Shown here: one piece after another, positions 1-9,679 of the stretch
Layout of the letters: the number at the start of each line of letters is the position of its first letter
How positions within the stretch are numbered: the first letter of the stretch is position 1
DNA from: a virus
Lineage: Duplodnaviria > Heunggongvirae > Uroviricota > Caudoviricetes
Virus record (IMG/VR): IMGVR_UViG_3300045973_000170
Span: 1-62,841 of that record
DNA: 62,841 bases
Strand: one strand, 5' to 3'
Made by a program: the position numbers and the translations under genes
The notes under the pieces: model-generated
Databases searched by the model: none
Told to the model about the DNA's origin: nothing
The model's input: only the letters and a program-made list of their open reading frames with translations

Positions 1-350
1 GGGGTCACTGACGGTGTCAAGGTAATGCTAGGCGTGATCGACGGCGTGATCGACGGCGTGATCGACGGGGTCACTGACGGCGTCAAGGTAATGCTAGGCG
101 TGACTGACGGCGTGATCGACGGGGTCACTGACGGTGTCAAGGTAATGCTAGGTGTGATCGACGGCGTGATCGACGGTGTCAAGGTAATGCTAGGCGTGAT
201 CGACGGCGTGATCGACGGGGTCACTGACGGTGTCAAGGTAATGCTAGGCGTGATCGACGGTGTTACTGACGGCACAACAGGAGTCACCGATGGGGTGACA
301 CTTGGCGTTACTGACGGCGTTATTGAGGGTGTTGGTGTTGGCGTCGGTGT
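1..350. repeat. Tandem 12-nt-unit coding repeat (TPS[V/I]) with higher-order units
   Basis: Repeated gacggcgtgatc / gacggggtcact / gacggtgtcaaggtaatgctaggc blocks. Confidence 0.9.
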
Positions 351-416
351 GGGTGACGGGGCAACACCCTGAAGTTGTGCGGCGGCAGGAAGGAGTGGTT
401 GAAAATTCCACGCCAT
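1..416 (-). CDS. Thr/Pro/Ser-rich (mucin-like) repeat protein; 3' end runs off the window
   Basis: Manual translation from ATG at 416: MAWNFQPLLPAAAQLQGVAPSPTPTPTPTPSITPSVTPSVTPSVTPVVPSVTPSITPSITLTPSVT..., open to position 1. Absent from the ORF track because it has no stop in the window; the + strand ORF 25..372 is its shadow. Confidence 0.85.
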   Translation of the reverse strand, partial: MAWNFQPLLPAAAQLQGVAPSPTPTPTPTPSITPSVTPSVTPSVTPVVPSVTPSITPSITLTPSVTPSITPSITPSITLTPSITPSITPSITLTPSVTPSITPSVTPSITLTPSVTPSITPSITPSITPSITLTPSVT

Positions 417-420
417 AGTG

Positions 421-768
421 TTATGCTACCTTACGGATAGACCATGTAATGGTTGGTGTTCCCGATACTCCCAACACGGTAACATCCCATGCGTTCAACA
501 AAACCAAACTAGGACTAACCCATGTGGGTGTTCCTGTTCCGATGATGTTAGATTCATAAATGACACGCTGTGTATCAGCGGCACGACACTTTTCGTAAAT
601 ACGAATACGCACATTGTTACCAACTGCCAAACCATTCAAATCAAGAAAGACCTGATACACGCCAGCCACCGCAAGTCCATTGGCGATATTGTAGTTTGCT
701 GTATTTGGTAGTGAATATTCTGTTGCACTTGTAGCAACGGAACCTGAATATGCTTCTGTAATAGCCAT
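421..768 (-). CDS. Hypothetical virion-cluster protein
   Basis: 115 aa beta-rich ORF tightly packed in the late operon. Confidence 0.7.
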   Translation of the reverse strand: MAITEAYSGSVATSATEYSLPNTANYNIANGLAVAGVYQVFLDLNGLAVGNNVRIRIYEKCRAADTQRVIYESNIIGTGTPTWVSPSLVLLNAWDVTVLGVSGTPTITWSIRKVA

Positions 769-770
769 TG

Positions 771-1628
771 TTAACCCCCCATCCCGTAAACACCGATTGT
801 ATAGTTACCTGTTTCTAGTACGCCAGAGTTTTGAATACGAGCATAAATTGTCGAACCACCCGGAACATCATAAGCACACCCGCCAGAAAGTTCTGGTTTG
901 ATTGCCTGTTCGGTAGCATCATAAGTAAAGATTGCGTCAGAAATAATAATATCGGGTGTTGTTGCACTTCCAAATCCAATATCAACATGAAGAGTCGCCG
1001 CCGCCCATGATGTGTCACCCACAGGCATTTGTAATCCAAATTGCCACCACCAAAGAGGATTAGTTGTGGTTCCTATGGCAGTCCATGCTCCAACAGATGT
1101 TGTACCCGGAACTACAGTAACACCAACCGCAGTACCAGCACCAACTGTTATTCCTAATGTTTCAAAAAATGATCCTCGGCGCATATTTTGAGCATTTTCT
1201 GGCGTTTGATACACTTCACAACCAACAGTAAACGCCGTGACAACAGACCCCCTTCCCGCTACCGCAATGGTGGCACCAGAGTTGATGAAGTATGGAAAGT
1301 AATACCACATACCTCCACCTAACGTATATGGAGCCGCACCACCGCATAGTAGTCCAGTAAGAACAGCGGTATAAGCAGTTCCACCAGCAGGATCGACCAT
1401 CAATTGAATAACACTGTTTCTACTTGCGGCAGAACCAGAGTTGGAGTTTATGTTGATGAGAATTCCCCAAGCATCTGCTGTTAATGCATTACCTAATCTT
1501 ACGGCTGTTCCATACGCATTTGTTGTTACCGGAGTAATTGATGTTCCGTTTGCCGCCGCTGGTCGCGTGGTTCCCCATGAAGGAGTAACGAGTCCGTATC
1601 GTTCAGCACTTTGTGGTACAAATAACAT
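771..1628 (-). CDS. Hypothetical virion/fibre-associated protein (Gly/Thr/Ala-rich)
   Basis: 285 aa ORF, abuts its neighbours, two similar beta-rich halves. Confidence 0.7.
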   Translation of the reverse strand: MLFVPQSAERYGLVTPSWGTTRPAAANGTSITPVTTNAYGTAVRLGNALTADAWGILININSNSGSAASRNSVIQLMVDPAGGTAYTAVLTGLLCGGAAPYTLGGGMWYYFPYFINSGATIAVAGRGSVVTAFTVGCEVYQTPENAQNMRRGSFFETLGITVGAGTAVGVTVVPGTTSVGAWTAIGTTTNPLWWWQFGLQMPVGDTSWAAATLHVDIGFGSATTPDIIISDAIFTYDATEQAIKPELSGGCAYDVPGGSTIYARIQNSGVLETGNYTIGVYGMGG

Positions 1629-1810
1629 TATACTACCTCCAAGTCATAAGCCGATTGAAGATGAATAACTTCTTCTTCAGATATTGGATTATCTAATGTA
1701 ATGGTATAATACGTTCCATCTGTAGTCATTGAAACAATTAGTGTTCCATAGGCATCAATATGTGCCATGATTGCAGAAAGAAAATTCTTATCGAATCGAT
1801 AGGTGTTCAT
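1628..1810 (-). CDS. Hypothetical protein
   Basis: 60 aa ORF; stop overlaps the next start. Confidence 0.6.
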   Translation of the reverse strand: MNTYRFDKNFLSAIMAHIDAYGTLIVSMTTDGTYYTITLDNPISEEEVIHLQSAYDLEVV

Positions 1811-1818
1811 TGTTGTTC

Positions 1819-2793
1819 CTAGTTGGTGTCAACCCACAAGTCATTGACTGTGGGTAATGCTGGTGGGGTGGTTCCAACAGATATTCCTAGTTGGAGGTAC
1901 ATGATTTGATGGATGTTTAACGATACACCACATGTAGAAGCTATTCCATTATCTGGGTCTGCTGGAATTGTACTAATAGATATTCCACCCACTTCACTGC
2001 ACCCTGAAGACCACATTAATTGATAGGTTTCACCAGCAGATACGGTAATAAATTCTGCACCAATACTAACCAAATATCCCTTTAATACCTCATCTGTATC
2101 TGTATCTCTGGTTGGCCCCGGAATAATATAACGATTATTAGAATCGACAAGTTCTACACCGTCGAGAACTGACCATATATCGACAATATCAGGATCATAC
2201 CCTTCATTTTGAAATTGAATTATGTAATTGATACTATATGTTCCGGCATTATCAAAACGAATAGTTTGTTGATCTAATAATGTTATTCCATTGGAACTTG
2301 AAACACCCCCAAGAGAAACAAAAAGTGGTTCATTTTTTCCTGTAGTATATTGTGTGGAACTATCGCGTGTTGATATGTAATTTCCTAAAACACCACCCGT
2401 TCCAGTTAATCCTTGATCCCCCTGATCACCTTTATCTCCTTGATCCCCCTGATCACCCTTATCGCCTTTGTCACCCTTATCGCCTTTGTCACCCTTATCG
2501 CCTTTATTACCAGTGGCTACTTCCCATCCTGTTCCTTCAACAAATATTGAAAGTATGTCGGTAGCCGGAACCATCCAAAGATCACCGTTTTGGGGGCTAC
2601 TAGGGGCTACAGCATCATAGGTGAAGACGTTTTCGGAACCGATCTGGACGATAGATTCAATCAAGCCACGCTTTTGCTTGATGAACATTTTTCCCATATA
2701 GGTGTTAATAGCAATTTCACCTAAATCCAAATCGGAAGTAGACGGGATGCGTCCATCGACAGAACTACGTTTGACCCGTATTGTATTCGCCAT
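1819..2793 (-). CDS. Collagen-repeat tail-fibre-like protein
   Basis: N-terminal MANTIRVKRSS...GEIAINTY fibre-attachment-type motif; 13 G-X-Y triplets (GNK GDK... GDQ) at about 2400-2511. Confidence 0.75.
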   Translation of the reverse strand: MANTIRVKRSSVDGRIPSTSDLDLGEIAINTYMGKMFIKQKRGLIESIVQIGSENVFTYDAVAPSSPQNGDLWMVPATDILSIFVEGTGWEVATGNKGDKGDKGDKGDKGDKGDQGDQGDKGDQGDQGLTGTGGVLGNYISTRDSSTQYTTGKNEPLFVSLGGVSSSNGITLLDQQTIRFDNAGTYSINYIIQFQNEGYDPDIVDIWSVLDGVELVDSNNRYIIPGPTRDTDTDEVLKGYLVSIGAEFITVSAGETYQLMWSSGCSEVGGISISTIPADPDNGIASTCGVSLNIHQIMYLQLGISVGTTPPALPTVNDLWVDTN

Positions 2794-2873
2794 ATGGCCC
2801 TCTGAGTGCTATGAAGCTTATGGGACGAGGATGCCCCTTGACAACCCTATAAAGGGTGTGAGTATTCTACACC

Positions 2874-2881
2874 TATTTATA
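2874..2881 (-). promoter_or_regulatory. T4-type late promoter TATAAATA
   Basis: Exact consensus, 80 nt upstream of the collagen gene. Confidence 0.75.
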
Positions 2882-2885
2882 CTAA

Positions 2886-2915
2886 AGGAGAGGTCATCGT
2901 GTGATGGCCTCTCCT
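2886..2915. terminator. Stem-loop, probable terminator
   Basis: aggagaggtcatc-gtgt-gatggcctctcct, 13-bp stem, intergenic. Confidence 0.6.
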
Positions 2916-2941
2916 GTGGTTAAGTCAACAATACCAATGTC

Positions 2942-3202
2942 TTAGAACGATCCCCCGTCCACATCAATGTTCTCGTTGACTACGGTTTGAATATGTTGGG
3001 TTTTCCATGTTTGGGTGGCAACATCATAGACCACAGTGAATCCATCCTGCAACCCATAGGTTAGAGGGTCAACATTCTGTAGTTCTTCCAGCTTGGCGTT
3101 GGCAATCATAATACGGCGCAAGGAGGTATTGATGGTGGTTGGTGCCTGAACCTGAACCCTCAAAACACTCGGCTGTCGTACCCTGACGTTGATATTACTC
3201 AT
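2942..3202 (-). CDS. Small virion-associated protein
   Basis: 86 aa ending in the DGGSF motif typical of T4-like fibre/accessory proteins. Confidence 0.7.
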   Translation of the reverse strand: MSNINVRVRQPSVLRVQVQAPTTINTSLRRIMIANAKLEELQNVDPLTYGLQDGFTVVYDVATQTWKTQHIQTVVNENIDVDGGSF

Positions 3203-3534
3203 TATCGGGTAACCGAAGGAGTAATAGTGATGATTCCTTCAACCACACGCAATTTCTCAAAGGCGTTTGTCAACTTGATATCATAGACATAACGGCCATA
3301 CTTGAGGGATTGGGTTTCTGCATCTGTCAAGGTAATTGACAGTGACCCGTTGGCTGGTGTTCCTACTATGGCTGTGGTGAACGAAAGTCCACTGCTAGAG
3401 GAATAGCTACGACGAATTTGTGCAACCACTTGAAATGTGGACAAATCATAGGGAACCCCGCTGGCGTCGGTTAAATCAAACGTCCGACTGAACGTGGTTC
3501 CCTGATCAATTACTAGATTTTGAATTGCGGCCAT
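3202..3534 (-). CDS. Virion structural protein (BppU-like Ig-fold adaptor)
   Basis: MAAIQNLVIDQGTTF...GRYVYDI...RVVEGIITITPSVTR motif; start trimmed to ATG 3534. Confidence 0.75.
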   Translation of the reverse strand: MAAIQNLVIDQGTTFSRTFDLTDASGVPYDLSTFQVVAQIRRSYSSSSGLSFTTAIVGTPANGSLSITLTDAETQSLKYGRYVYDIKLTNAFEKLRVVEGIITITPSVTR

Positions 3535-3568
3535 GTGTTTCTCGGAGAAAGGTTCTCTCCTATTTATG

Positions 3569-4228
3569 CTACCACTTAGCCAGTGGACAGACAGAACCAG
3601 CCAACTGTGTCTTGACAATCATGGAGCAACCACATTCCTTACACCGATTTGACTCTGTTTCAAAACTCGGACACGCTTGACAGATGGCCAAACGCCTTCC
3701 ACCCTCTTCAGCCGTGGCAATGATTGGAAGATTGGTCATTCCACGCTTGGCTGTTGACCACATTTCCCTAACGAAGTTACGAGCCTGTTGAAGCTTGGGG
3801 GGAAATTCTGTGGCGTGAACCAATTCGTCAGCAAATGCCGCATCGGTCTGTACCATACGCGCCCTTTCATCGTCCGTGTAACGTGCCTGTTCGTGGGTTT
3901 CCCCATTGGCAATCATGCGTTCAGCAACTTCAATATCCTTAATCAAGTTCTGAATCATGTCCTGACCACGCCAAAACACCGGAGTCTGGTTCTTTGGAAG
4001 GTAATAATAAAGTTCTGGGGTAACCGGACGAGGGAAGGTCAAGGTTTCCTCGGGCATACAGACCGTAAACAACGCTACTGGACGGTTGTTGTTGATGATT
4101 TGCCTTTCCAAATCCTCTTGAATCCTTGGCTTGGCCTTGTCACAATTATCCGCGACAATCAAGATAAGGACGGGGGTGGTTCCTTCGTCAACAATTTTGA
4201 TGATTTCTGGAACGGTGTTCTCTCGCAT
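3569..4228 (-). CDS. Hypothetical protein: thioredoxin-like N-terminus plus C-terminal Cys-rich domain
   Basis: RRLAICQACP...CKECGC...CPLAKW; start trimmed to ATG 4228, directly after the upstream stop. Confidence 0.65.
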   Translation of the reverse strand: MRENTVPEIIKIVDEGTTPVLILIVADNCDKAKPRIQEDLERQIINNNRPVALFTVCMPEETLTFPRPVTPELYYYLPKNQTPVFWRGQDMIQNLIKDIEVAERMIANGETHEQARYTDDERARMVQTDAAFADELVHATEFPPKLQQARNFVREMWSTAKRGMTNLPIIATAEEGGRRLAICQACPSFETESNRCKECGCSMIVKTQLAGSVCPLAKW

Positions 4229-4229
4229 T

Positions 4230-6548
4230 CTAATTCTCCCGTCTGTCTTCACGTTCATAATGTGAAGTTCTGTGGTGATGGATTGGTGATGCCAACAGGA
4301 CAGCACCATAAATCTTGTTCTTTATCGATTCCTGATAGACATAGCTCATCCAAGTCTGCTCATAGGGGTGCGCCCATGTCGTTTCCAAGAAGACCTTACG
4401 ATTACCGTCCTTGTTCATGATCGTGGGCCAGTTGGCGTAGTATATGTCTCCTGTAATGTAACACAGTCCATCCACGTTGTCAATGGTGTTGAACGTAGTT
4501 CTTGGACAATTCGGATCAAGCCCGTGGACGGGCAATTTGTCATAATGCGGCCACATGGCAGTCCGGACAGCCTGAGGAACGTTGTACCACGATACCTGAA
4601 TGTTGTTGTCCATGTAGACTTCTGTAAATGATAACTTGAGGAAATCAAAGTCTTCCTTCTGCATAATCTTCTCAAGTTTTTCAAACAACCCCGGAATGAT
4701 GGTACGGAATCCATTGCGACAGAAGGGGGTCTTATCCTCTTCTGTATAGAACAGCATATCGTCTTCAAAGAAGATGTAGTAATCCGCATCCGATGCATCA
4801 AACATCTGGGCGGCAATCATGCGTCCACCACAGATACCACCATTCTTTCCAGAGGGATGATACTTGGCCCCATATGTCATAGCGATAATCCCATTAGCCA
4901 CAATAGAGTCTGGGTTGTTGGAATTGTCAATGACGATAACTTCATTGGCTTTCTTGAGCCAATCAGCTTTCTCAAGGCTCTTGAAAATCTCTGTCAACTG
5001 CTCTGGAAAGTTGAACGTTAGGATGTACAAGTCGGTCTTCTTTGGCTCGGTATTCATATAGGCATTTCCAAACTTCTTGGCTGTTTCAGCCACGGGTACC
5101 AATTCAGCCGTGTCATCCAAGAGAGCTTGAATGTACTTGATGATCAACCCATTCTCGTCTAGTTCGTAACGCCGGAAGATTTCTGGGCGACGATAGGACA
5201 TGATGGTAAAGATACTCTCTTCTGTTCCCATGTATCCAGCACTAAGCGTGTCCATGAGGAGGCTGTAATACATCGTATTCGCTTCACGGATTGCGGCCTG
5301 AGTACCGCCGAATAGACCACCACGACACACATAGTGAACAGGGGTAGTAGCATACGAATCAATCTTATTCTTGGGGAAACCGTGAATCTCTTGTGTTGTC
5401 TCATAGGGATAGCTCAAAAAGAGAAATGGCGAAAGGTGTGGAACCATCTTTTCAAGGGCTTTGTTCTCAATCAACATCTTGTCATAGACGGTATGCGTAA
5501 TGCCACTGTCAATCCAAATGAAGTTCTCGGTGTTGAATGGGTTCCAACACACCGCATTGTGAAGCAATGGCATCTTGGCCATTACGATGGGGTTGTACCA
5601 CTCATTGACAGCTTGAGGGCTACCCTTGAGCCACCCACCCTCTCCGGTCAGGTTTTGCCATGCTTCACTGGTGCGAATGCTTTGTATCTTATCCCAAAAG
5701 GGGGCCATTAGGTCTTTCACATCGGAAAGCTCCCAGACCCGAATGTAGGTATTCTTCTTGGTGCGCTTGGGATTTTCCCAGACGTAATGTTCCAGCGATG
5801 CCGGAAGATACAAGAAGAGCTTGGCGTCAATGTTCAAGAGATTCTTCAAATGCAGGATGTAATGCTCAAGATCACGCCCCACACGGCCAATGTCCCAGAA
5901 TCCGGTGACAATGGTGGTGTTAGTTAATGGGCCTTCTGGGGGTTGTGGACGCATAAGGTAATCCTCTCCTGTATCTTTGTCGCTTGCGGCATTCGTTCGT
6001 TCTCCGTCCCATAAAATGTCATAGGTGATGAAGTACTTGCGGTTTTCTGGAACATCCTTAATGTAGACCCCGAAATCATTACGGAGAGCAAAGGGACGAA
6101 GCCCCTTGTAAATGGTCATGAAAGTTTCAAAGGTAAGATTCTCTTGTAGATGAATCTCAGCTTGATTGTCGTAATACACACCTTGTGGCCCCTTAGGAAC
6201 AGCAATGATCATGTCTCGACACTTGGGATACAAGCGAGCAATAAGTGCAACTCCATCTTTCTCTGAAATATGTTCCAGCACATCTCCAAGAATGATCAGG
6301 TCATAGTACTCAAAGTCAAACGTGAGAATATCTTGATTGAAAACATTGGTATACTTGTCTTTCAGGTGATATTCTTCGATGTATGGGGTGAAGATTTCCA
6401 CGGCATCCATGCGGTGAAAATAGTCCTTCAGCCTGTCAGCATAGGTTCCAGAACCCGCCCCCACATCTAAAACAGTGTCAGTAGGACGGAACTTGGACTT
6501 GATAAAGTCAATGGTTTCTTCTTTGAAAATCGGAGTTGAGAACGGCAT
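4230..6548 (-). CDS. Multidomain enzyme: class I SAM methyltransferase + HtrL/YibB-like domain + GT-A-like glycosyltransferase
   Basis: VLDVGAGSG SAM motif; TIVTGFWDIGR...WIDSG (HtrL-like); C-terminal YYIFFEDD acidic motif. Confidence 0.75.
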   Translation of the reverse strand: MPFSTPIFKEETIDFIKSKFRPTDTVLDVGAGSGTYADRLKDYFHRMDAVEIFTPYIEEYHLKDKYTNVFNQDILTFDFEYYDLIILGDVLEHISEKDGVALIARLYPKCRDMIIAVPKGPQGVYYDNQAEIHLQENLTFETFMTIYKGLRPFALRNDFGVYIKDVPENRKYFITYDILWDGERTNAASDKDTGEDYLMRPQPPEGPLTNTTIVTGFWDIGRVGRDLEHYILHLKNLLNIDAKLFLYLPASLEHYVWENPKRTKKNTYIRVWELSDVKDLMAPFWDKIQSIRTSEAWQNLTGEGGWLKGSPQAVNEWYNPIVMAKMPLLHNAVCWNPFNTENFIWIDSGITHTVYDKMLIENKALEKMVPHLSPFLFLSYPYETTQEIHGFPKNKIDSYATTPVHYVCRGGLFGGTQAAIREANTMYYSLLMDTLSAGYMGTEESIFTIMSYRRPEIFRRYELDENGLIIKYIQALLDDTAELVPVAETAKKFGNAYMNTEPKKTDLYILTFNFPEQLTEIFKSLEKADWLKKANEVIVIDNSNNPDSIVANGIIAMTYGAKYHPSGKNGGICGGRMIAAQMFDASDADYYIFFEDDMLFYTEEDKTPFCRNGFRTIIPGLFEKLEKIMQKEDFDFLKLSFTEVYMDNNIQVSWYNVPQAVRTAMWPHYDKLPVHGLDPNCPRTTFNTIDNVDGLCYITGDIYYANWPTIMNKDGNRKVFLETTWAHPYEQTWMSYVYQESIKNKIYGAVLLASPIHHHRTSHYEREDRREN

Positions 6549-7411
6549 TATCTTAGGTATCCTCTTTTGACATATTCACTGTATTGGTATTCCAAATTAT
6601 CACGGCGATATCGAAAACAACCATCTTCTCCACCACGGGCAATGTGTCTTAGCACTGGAAATGTGATACATCCACCCTTTCCTTGCCACTGTTCCAATGT
6701 AATCAACTTCTCTTCATCCTCAAAGCACCGCACAATTTCCTTGACGCCATTCTTGTGCATGTAGGCACCCACGGTAATATCATCGTTCCAACCGCTGAGT
6801 GTTTCTGGGTCACAGAATTCCTTGATGAAATCTGGGAAGTCTTCACCAAAGAAACGGCGACGGTAGGATACTGTCTTGTAGTGCTGTAGGAAGTTGACAT
6901 CAACATCCTTGTAGACTGATACCACAAAGTGATTTCTCACATCAAAATACGCAGGATCATCACCTTCTTCAACCATCCAGTGAGTATCATCGGCCCGTGA
7001 TCCATCATAGCCACAGACAGTATTCACATAGGTTTCCTGATTCCTCACCTGTTCGGCCACCATTCGTGGATCATAGACCAAGTCATCGTCACAGACAATG
7101 ATAATAGCTTCAGGATCAGTGGTACGCATGACCGTATGATACAGCTTAGTAATCGGCCCCATGTCAGCCACACCCCTGAACAACTTGAGCTTGGGGTTAT
7201 CCCGTTCACGGTCTAGCAACCATTGAGGGATGATATACGGCTCACCTGTGTACTTCAGCACATCAGGGATATTTAGGTGGATTTCATACTCGCCTTCGAA
7301 CTCCTGATTCAGGAGTGAGTCGATGTTAGAAACCATTCCAAGCTCTGTCTCAGAATGAACCCCATTGAAGCGTTCGGGAATCGTGGTGAGAGTTACGATA
7401 ATCGGTGACAT
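6548..7411 (-). CDS. GT-A fold glycosyltransferase
   Basis: IIVTLTTIPERF...DMGPITKL...IIIVCDDDLVY; start trimmed to MSPII. Confidence 0.75.
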   Translation of the reverse strand: MSPIIVTLTTIPERFNGVHSETELGMVSNIDSLLNQEFEGEYEIHLNIPDVLKYTGEPYIIPQWLLDRERDNPKLKLFRGVADMGPITKLYHTVMRTTDPEAIIIVCDDDLVYDPRMVAEQVRNQETYVNTVCGYDGSRADDTHWMVEEGDDPAYFDVRNHFVVSVYKDVDVNFLQHYKTVSYRRRFFGEDFPDFIKEFCDPETLSGWNDDITVGAYMHKNGVKEIVRCFEDEEKLITLEQWQGKGGCITFPVLRHIARGGEDGCFRYRRDNLEYQYSEYVKRGYLR

Positions 7412-7412
7412 A

Positions 7413-9002
7413 TTACTCCGAATAGATTTTGAAGTGTCCGTCTTCCATTTCTGGTTGAACTCGATTGTTATCAATGGTTCCAATATGATTTCCTACAACA
7501 CCCCGATGGTCATGGAACCCACTGATATTGGAGTGAGGCAATGTTCGTACAATCGGAAAAGAATGGGCAGGACGGCCATTGTCATTCACAGGTCTGAAAT
7601 CTGTTTCCTTGTCCCACTTGGCACAGATGATATGAACCTGACGCCGCTTGAGGTAGTATCCCACGGAAATGTCATCATTCACGGCAAGGTCGGTAGTGAC
7701 CTCTTCAAAATCATCAGCAAAGAACTTGCGACGATAGGACACGGAATGCCAGTGACCCGGAACAAGCAACTGCCGATCTTCCTTCACGGGGAAGTACAGA
7801 TGGGTGGGACGAAGCATGTATCGCTTGACACCATTCTCGTCCGTCCAATCTCTCTTCTCTACAATGGAATCCCCACGGAAGCAAATGGCCGCATTGGGGT
7901 ATTGCAATAGCTTCTTCAGATGAAATTCCAACATGTCCTCATGATAGACATGATCATCGTCACACACTAGAATAATGTCTTCTGGGTTCTTAGAGACAGC
8001 CAAGAAGCCATCAATTTTGGCAATCGGCCCTCTGTCCTTCTCAATACGGTTTATGATAAGACGAGGATTGGCTTCTGCATACGCCTTCAACTCGTCAGAA
8101 ATGACATATTCTTCACCCGTAATGCGGTGGACTTTGGGAAGATTCAACAGTACTTTGTACTCAATTCCTGTCTTTTGATTCAACAGCGCATCAAGGTTCT
8201 GTTGTGCCTGTTCCCAATTCGCCAACCTCTTCGGGACTGTAGTGAGGGAAATGTAGATTTCCTGATTGCTCCGTGGAAGCCAGTTCAGGAACTCTAACTT
8301 ATGATCTGGGGCATCCGGCTTGTTAGGCCAATCCAACCCCGCCACGGGAAACTGTTGTAGGTCTGGTTCGAAGGACTCCACATGACGTTTGTTGATGAAG
8401 GACATTTCCAGCACAATGGGAATCATGCGCCCATCAAGGGGGAACATATTCACCCAATTGTTGGCATGAATGTGGTTCATCACGAAGTACTGATTGAGTC
8501 TCTTCATAACCTCAATCATTTTTACTTGGCGCGGTTCTTCATGCAACCAATGGAATTCAAGATTAATACCTGTGACTACCTTGGAAAGAGCCTCCATGTC
8601 CACGTTCAGGAGGTAATCATACTCACCCCCTTCAATATCAATCTTCAGAAAAACCTCTCCGGTCTTCTGAATCTCTGCATAGTGAGCAAGGAAATCTCGA
8701 CAGTTTGGCTCAGACCCCAATCCTTCTCGAAAGAACTTGATGTTCTCATCGACGGTACAGATATGGGGAAGATAGGGTGCCACAGGAAGCGTATGGTCAA
8801 ACATGTAGACAGGCTTCTTATAATCCCTTGAGAACTCTTCTTCATAGCGAGTTTCCCCACCCACTCCGTAGGTAAAGAGGGCATCACATTTCTCAAGTAC
8901 AGATACGGGCATAACGTAGCCGCCATCCTGTTGAGGGCCAAGACGCTTCTTCTCTTGGTGAATGTTCTGCGGTTGCAGGAGGGTGAACAGTTCGCTTACC
9001 AT
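7413..9002 (-). CDS. FkbM-like methyltransferase fused to a GT-A glycosyltransferase
   Basis: KRLGPQQDGGY, YGVG, FLKIDIEGGEY (FkbM/Methyltransf_22-like); C-terminal half ISLTTVPKRL...GPIAK...VCDDDHVY is paralogous to 6548..7411. Confidence 0.75.
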   Translation of the reverse strand: MVSELFTLLQPQNIHQEKKRLGPQQDGGYVMPVSVLEKCDALFTYGVGGETRYEEEFSRDYKKPVYMFDHTLPVAPYLPHICTVDENIKFFREGLGSEPNCRDFLAHYAEIQKTGEVFLKIDIEGGEYDYLLNVDMEALSKVVTGINLEFHWLHEEPRQVKMIEVMKRLNQYFVMNHIHANNWVNMFPLDGRMIPIVLEMSFINKRHVESFEPDLQQFPVAGLDWPNKPDAPDHKLEFLNWLPRSNQEIYISLTTVPKRLANWEQAQQNLDALLNQKTGIEYKVLLNLPKVHRITGEEYVISDELKAYAEANPRLIINRIEKDRGPIAKIDGFLAVSKNPEDIILVCDDDHVYHEDMLEFHLKKLLQYPNAAICFRGDSIVEKRDWTDENGVKRYMLRPTHLYFPVKEDRQLLVPGHWHSVSYRRKFFADDFEEVTTDLAVNDDISVGYYLKRRQVHIICAKWDKETDFRPVNDNGRPAHSFPIVRTLPHSNISGFHDHRGVVGNHIGTIDNNRVQPEMEDGHFKIYSE

Positions 9003-9679
9003 GGTTTGTGGGTGTTGAGGGGTGAAAATTCTCTTGAGGGAAGGGCATGACCATCACGCCCCATGTCTCCCTTACCACTATAGTTCTTCTTGACGATGAT
9101 GAGATTGCCACGATAAAAGTACTCATGCTTCCCAATGATATCAGTTACTTCCTTCAAATAGTAGGCGTACATTTCACGCCCATCCCCGCCACCAGACATG
9201 TCTTCCACACAATAGAATCCTCCATCAACCACATAAGGAAAGAGATTGCGAAGAGTAGTCAACTGAGCAAAAGCCAGATGTAATCCGTCATCGATGATGA
9301 TATCAAACTTTTGATCCCCCAAATTCTCATGACACTGGAAAGCATCGGTGGAACTAAAGATCATGGAATCAATACGATCCTCAGTAATTCGACAATCCTC
9401 GGCAATGTCTACCCCGATAACTTGAGCATTAGGAAAGTAATCGCGCCATGCGCGTAGCGATCCCCCCGGAGTGTAATGGGGGTGGTTTCGTGTAAACCCC
9501 ATTGCTGAACTCGGAACGTTCAAGAGACTACCAATACCAATCTCAAGCACGGTCTTGATTTCTGGTCGAATGTCCTTGAATACCGCATGATAACATTCGG
9601 TATAGTGACTCAGAAATTTGTCAGACCCGTACTTCTCAATGAGAATGGAAAGATCGTTTATGGGGTTGAAGTCGCTCAT
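8996..9679 (-). CDS. Class I SAM-dependent methyltransferase (sugar O-methyltransferase-like)
   Basis: VLEIGIG, GGSLRAWRDYFPNAQVIGVDI, DIIIDDGLH, GGFYCVED. Confidence 0.8.
   Translation of the reverse strand: MSDFNPINDLSILIEKYGSDKFLSHYTECYHAVFKDIRPEIKTVLEIGIGSLLNVPSSAMGFTRNHPHYTPGGSLRAWRDYFPNAQVIGVDIAEDCRITEDRIDSMIFSSTDAFQCHENLGDQKFDIIIDDGLHLAFAQLTTLRNLFPYVVDGGFYCVEDMSGGGDGREMYAYYLKEVTDIIGKHEYFYRGNLIIVKKNYSGKGDMGRDGHALPSREFSPLNTHKPW

Noticed and set aside
25-372. + strand VTDGV-repeat ORFs (also 12499..12813 and 21097..21657)
   Set aside because: Antisense shadows of the TPS[V/I] tracts. The minus-strand frames fit operon direction and have proper N-termini.
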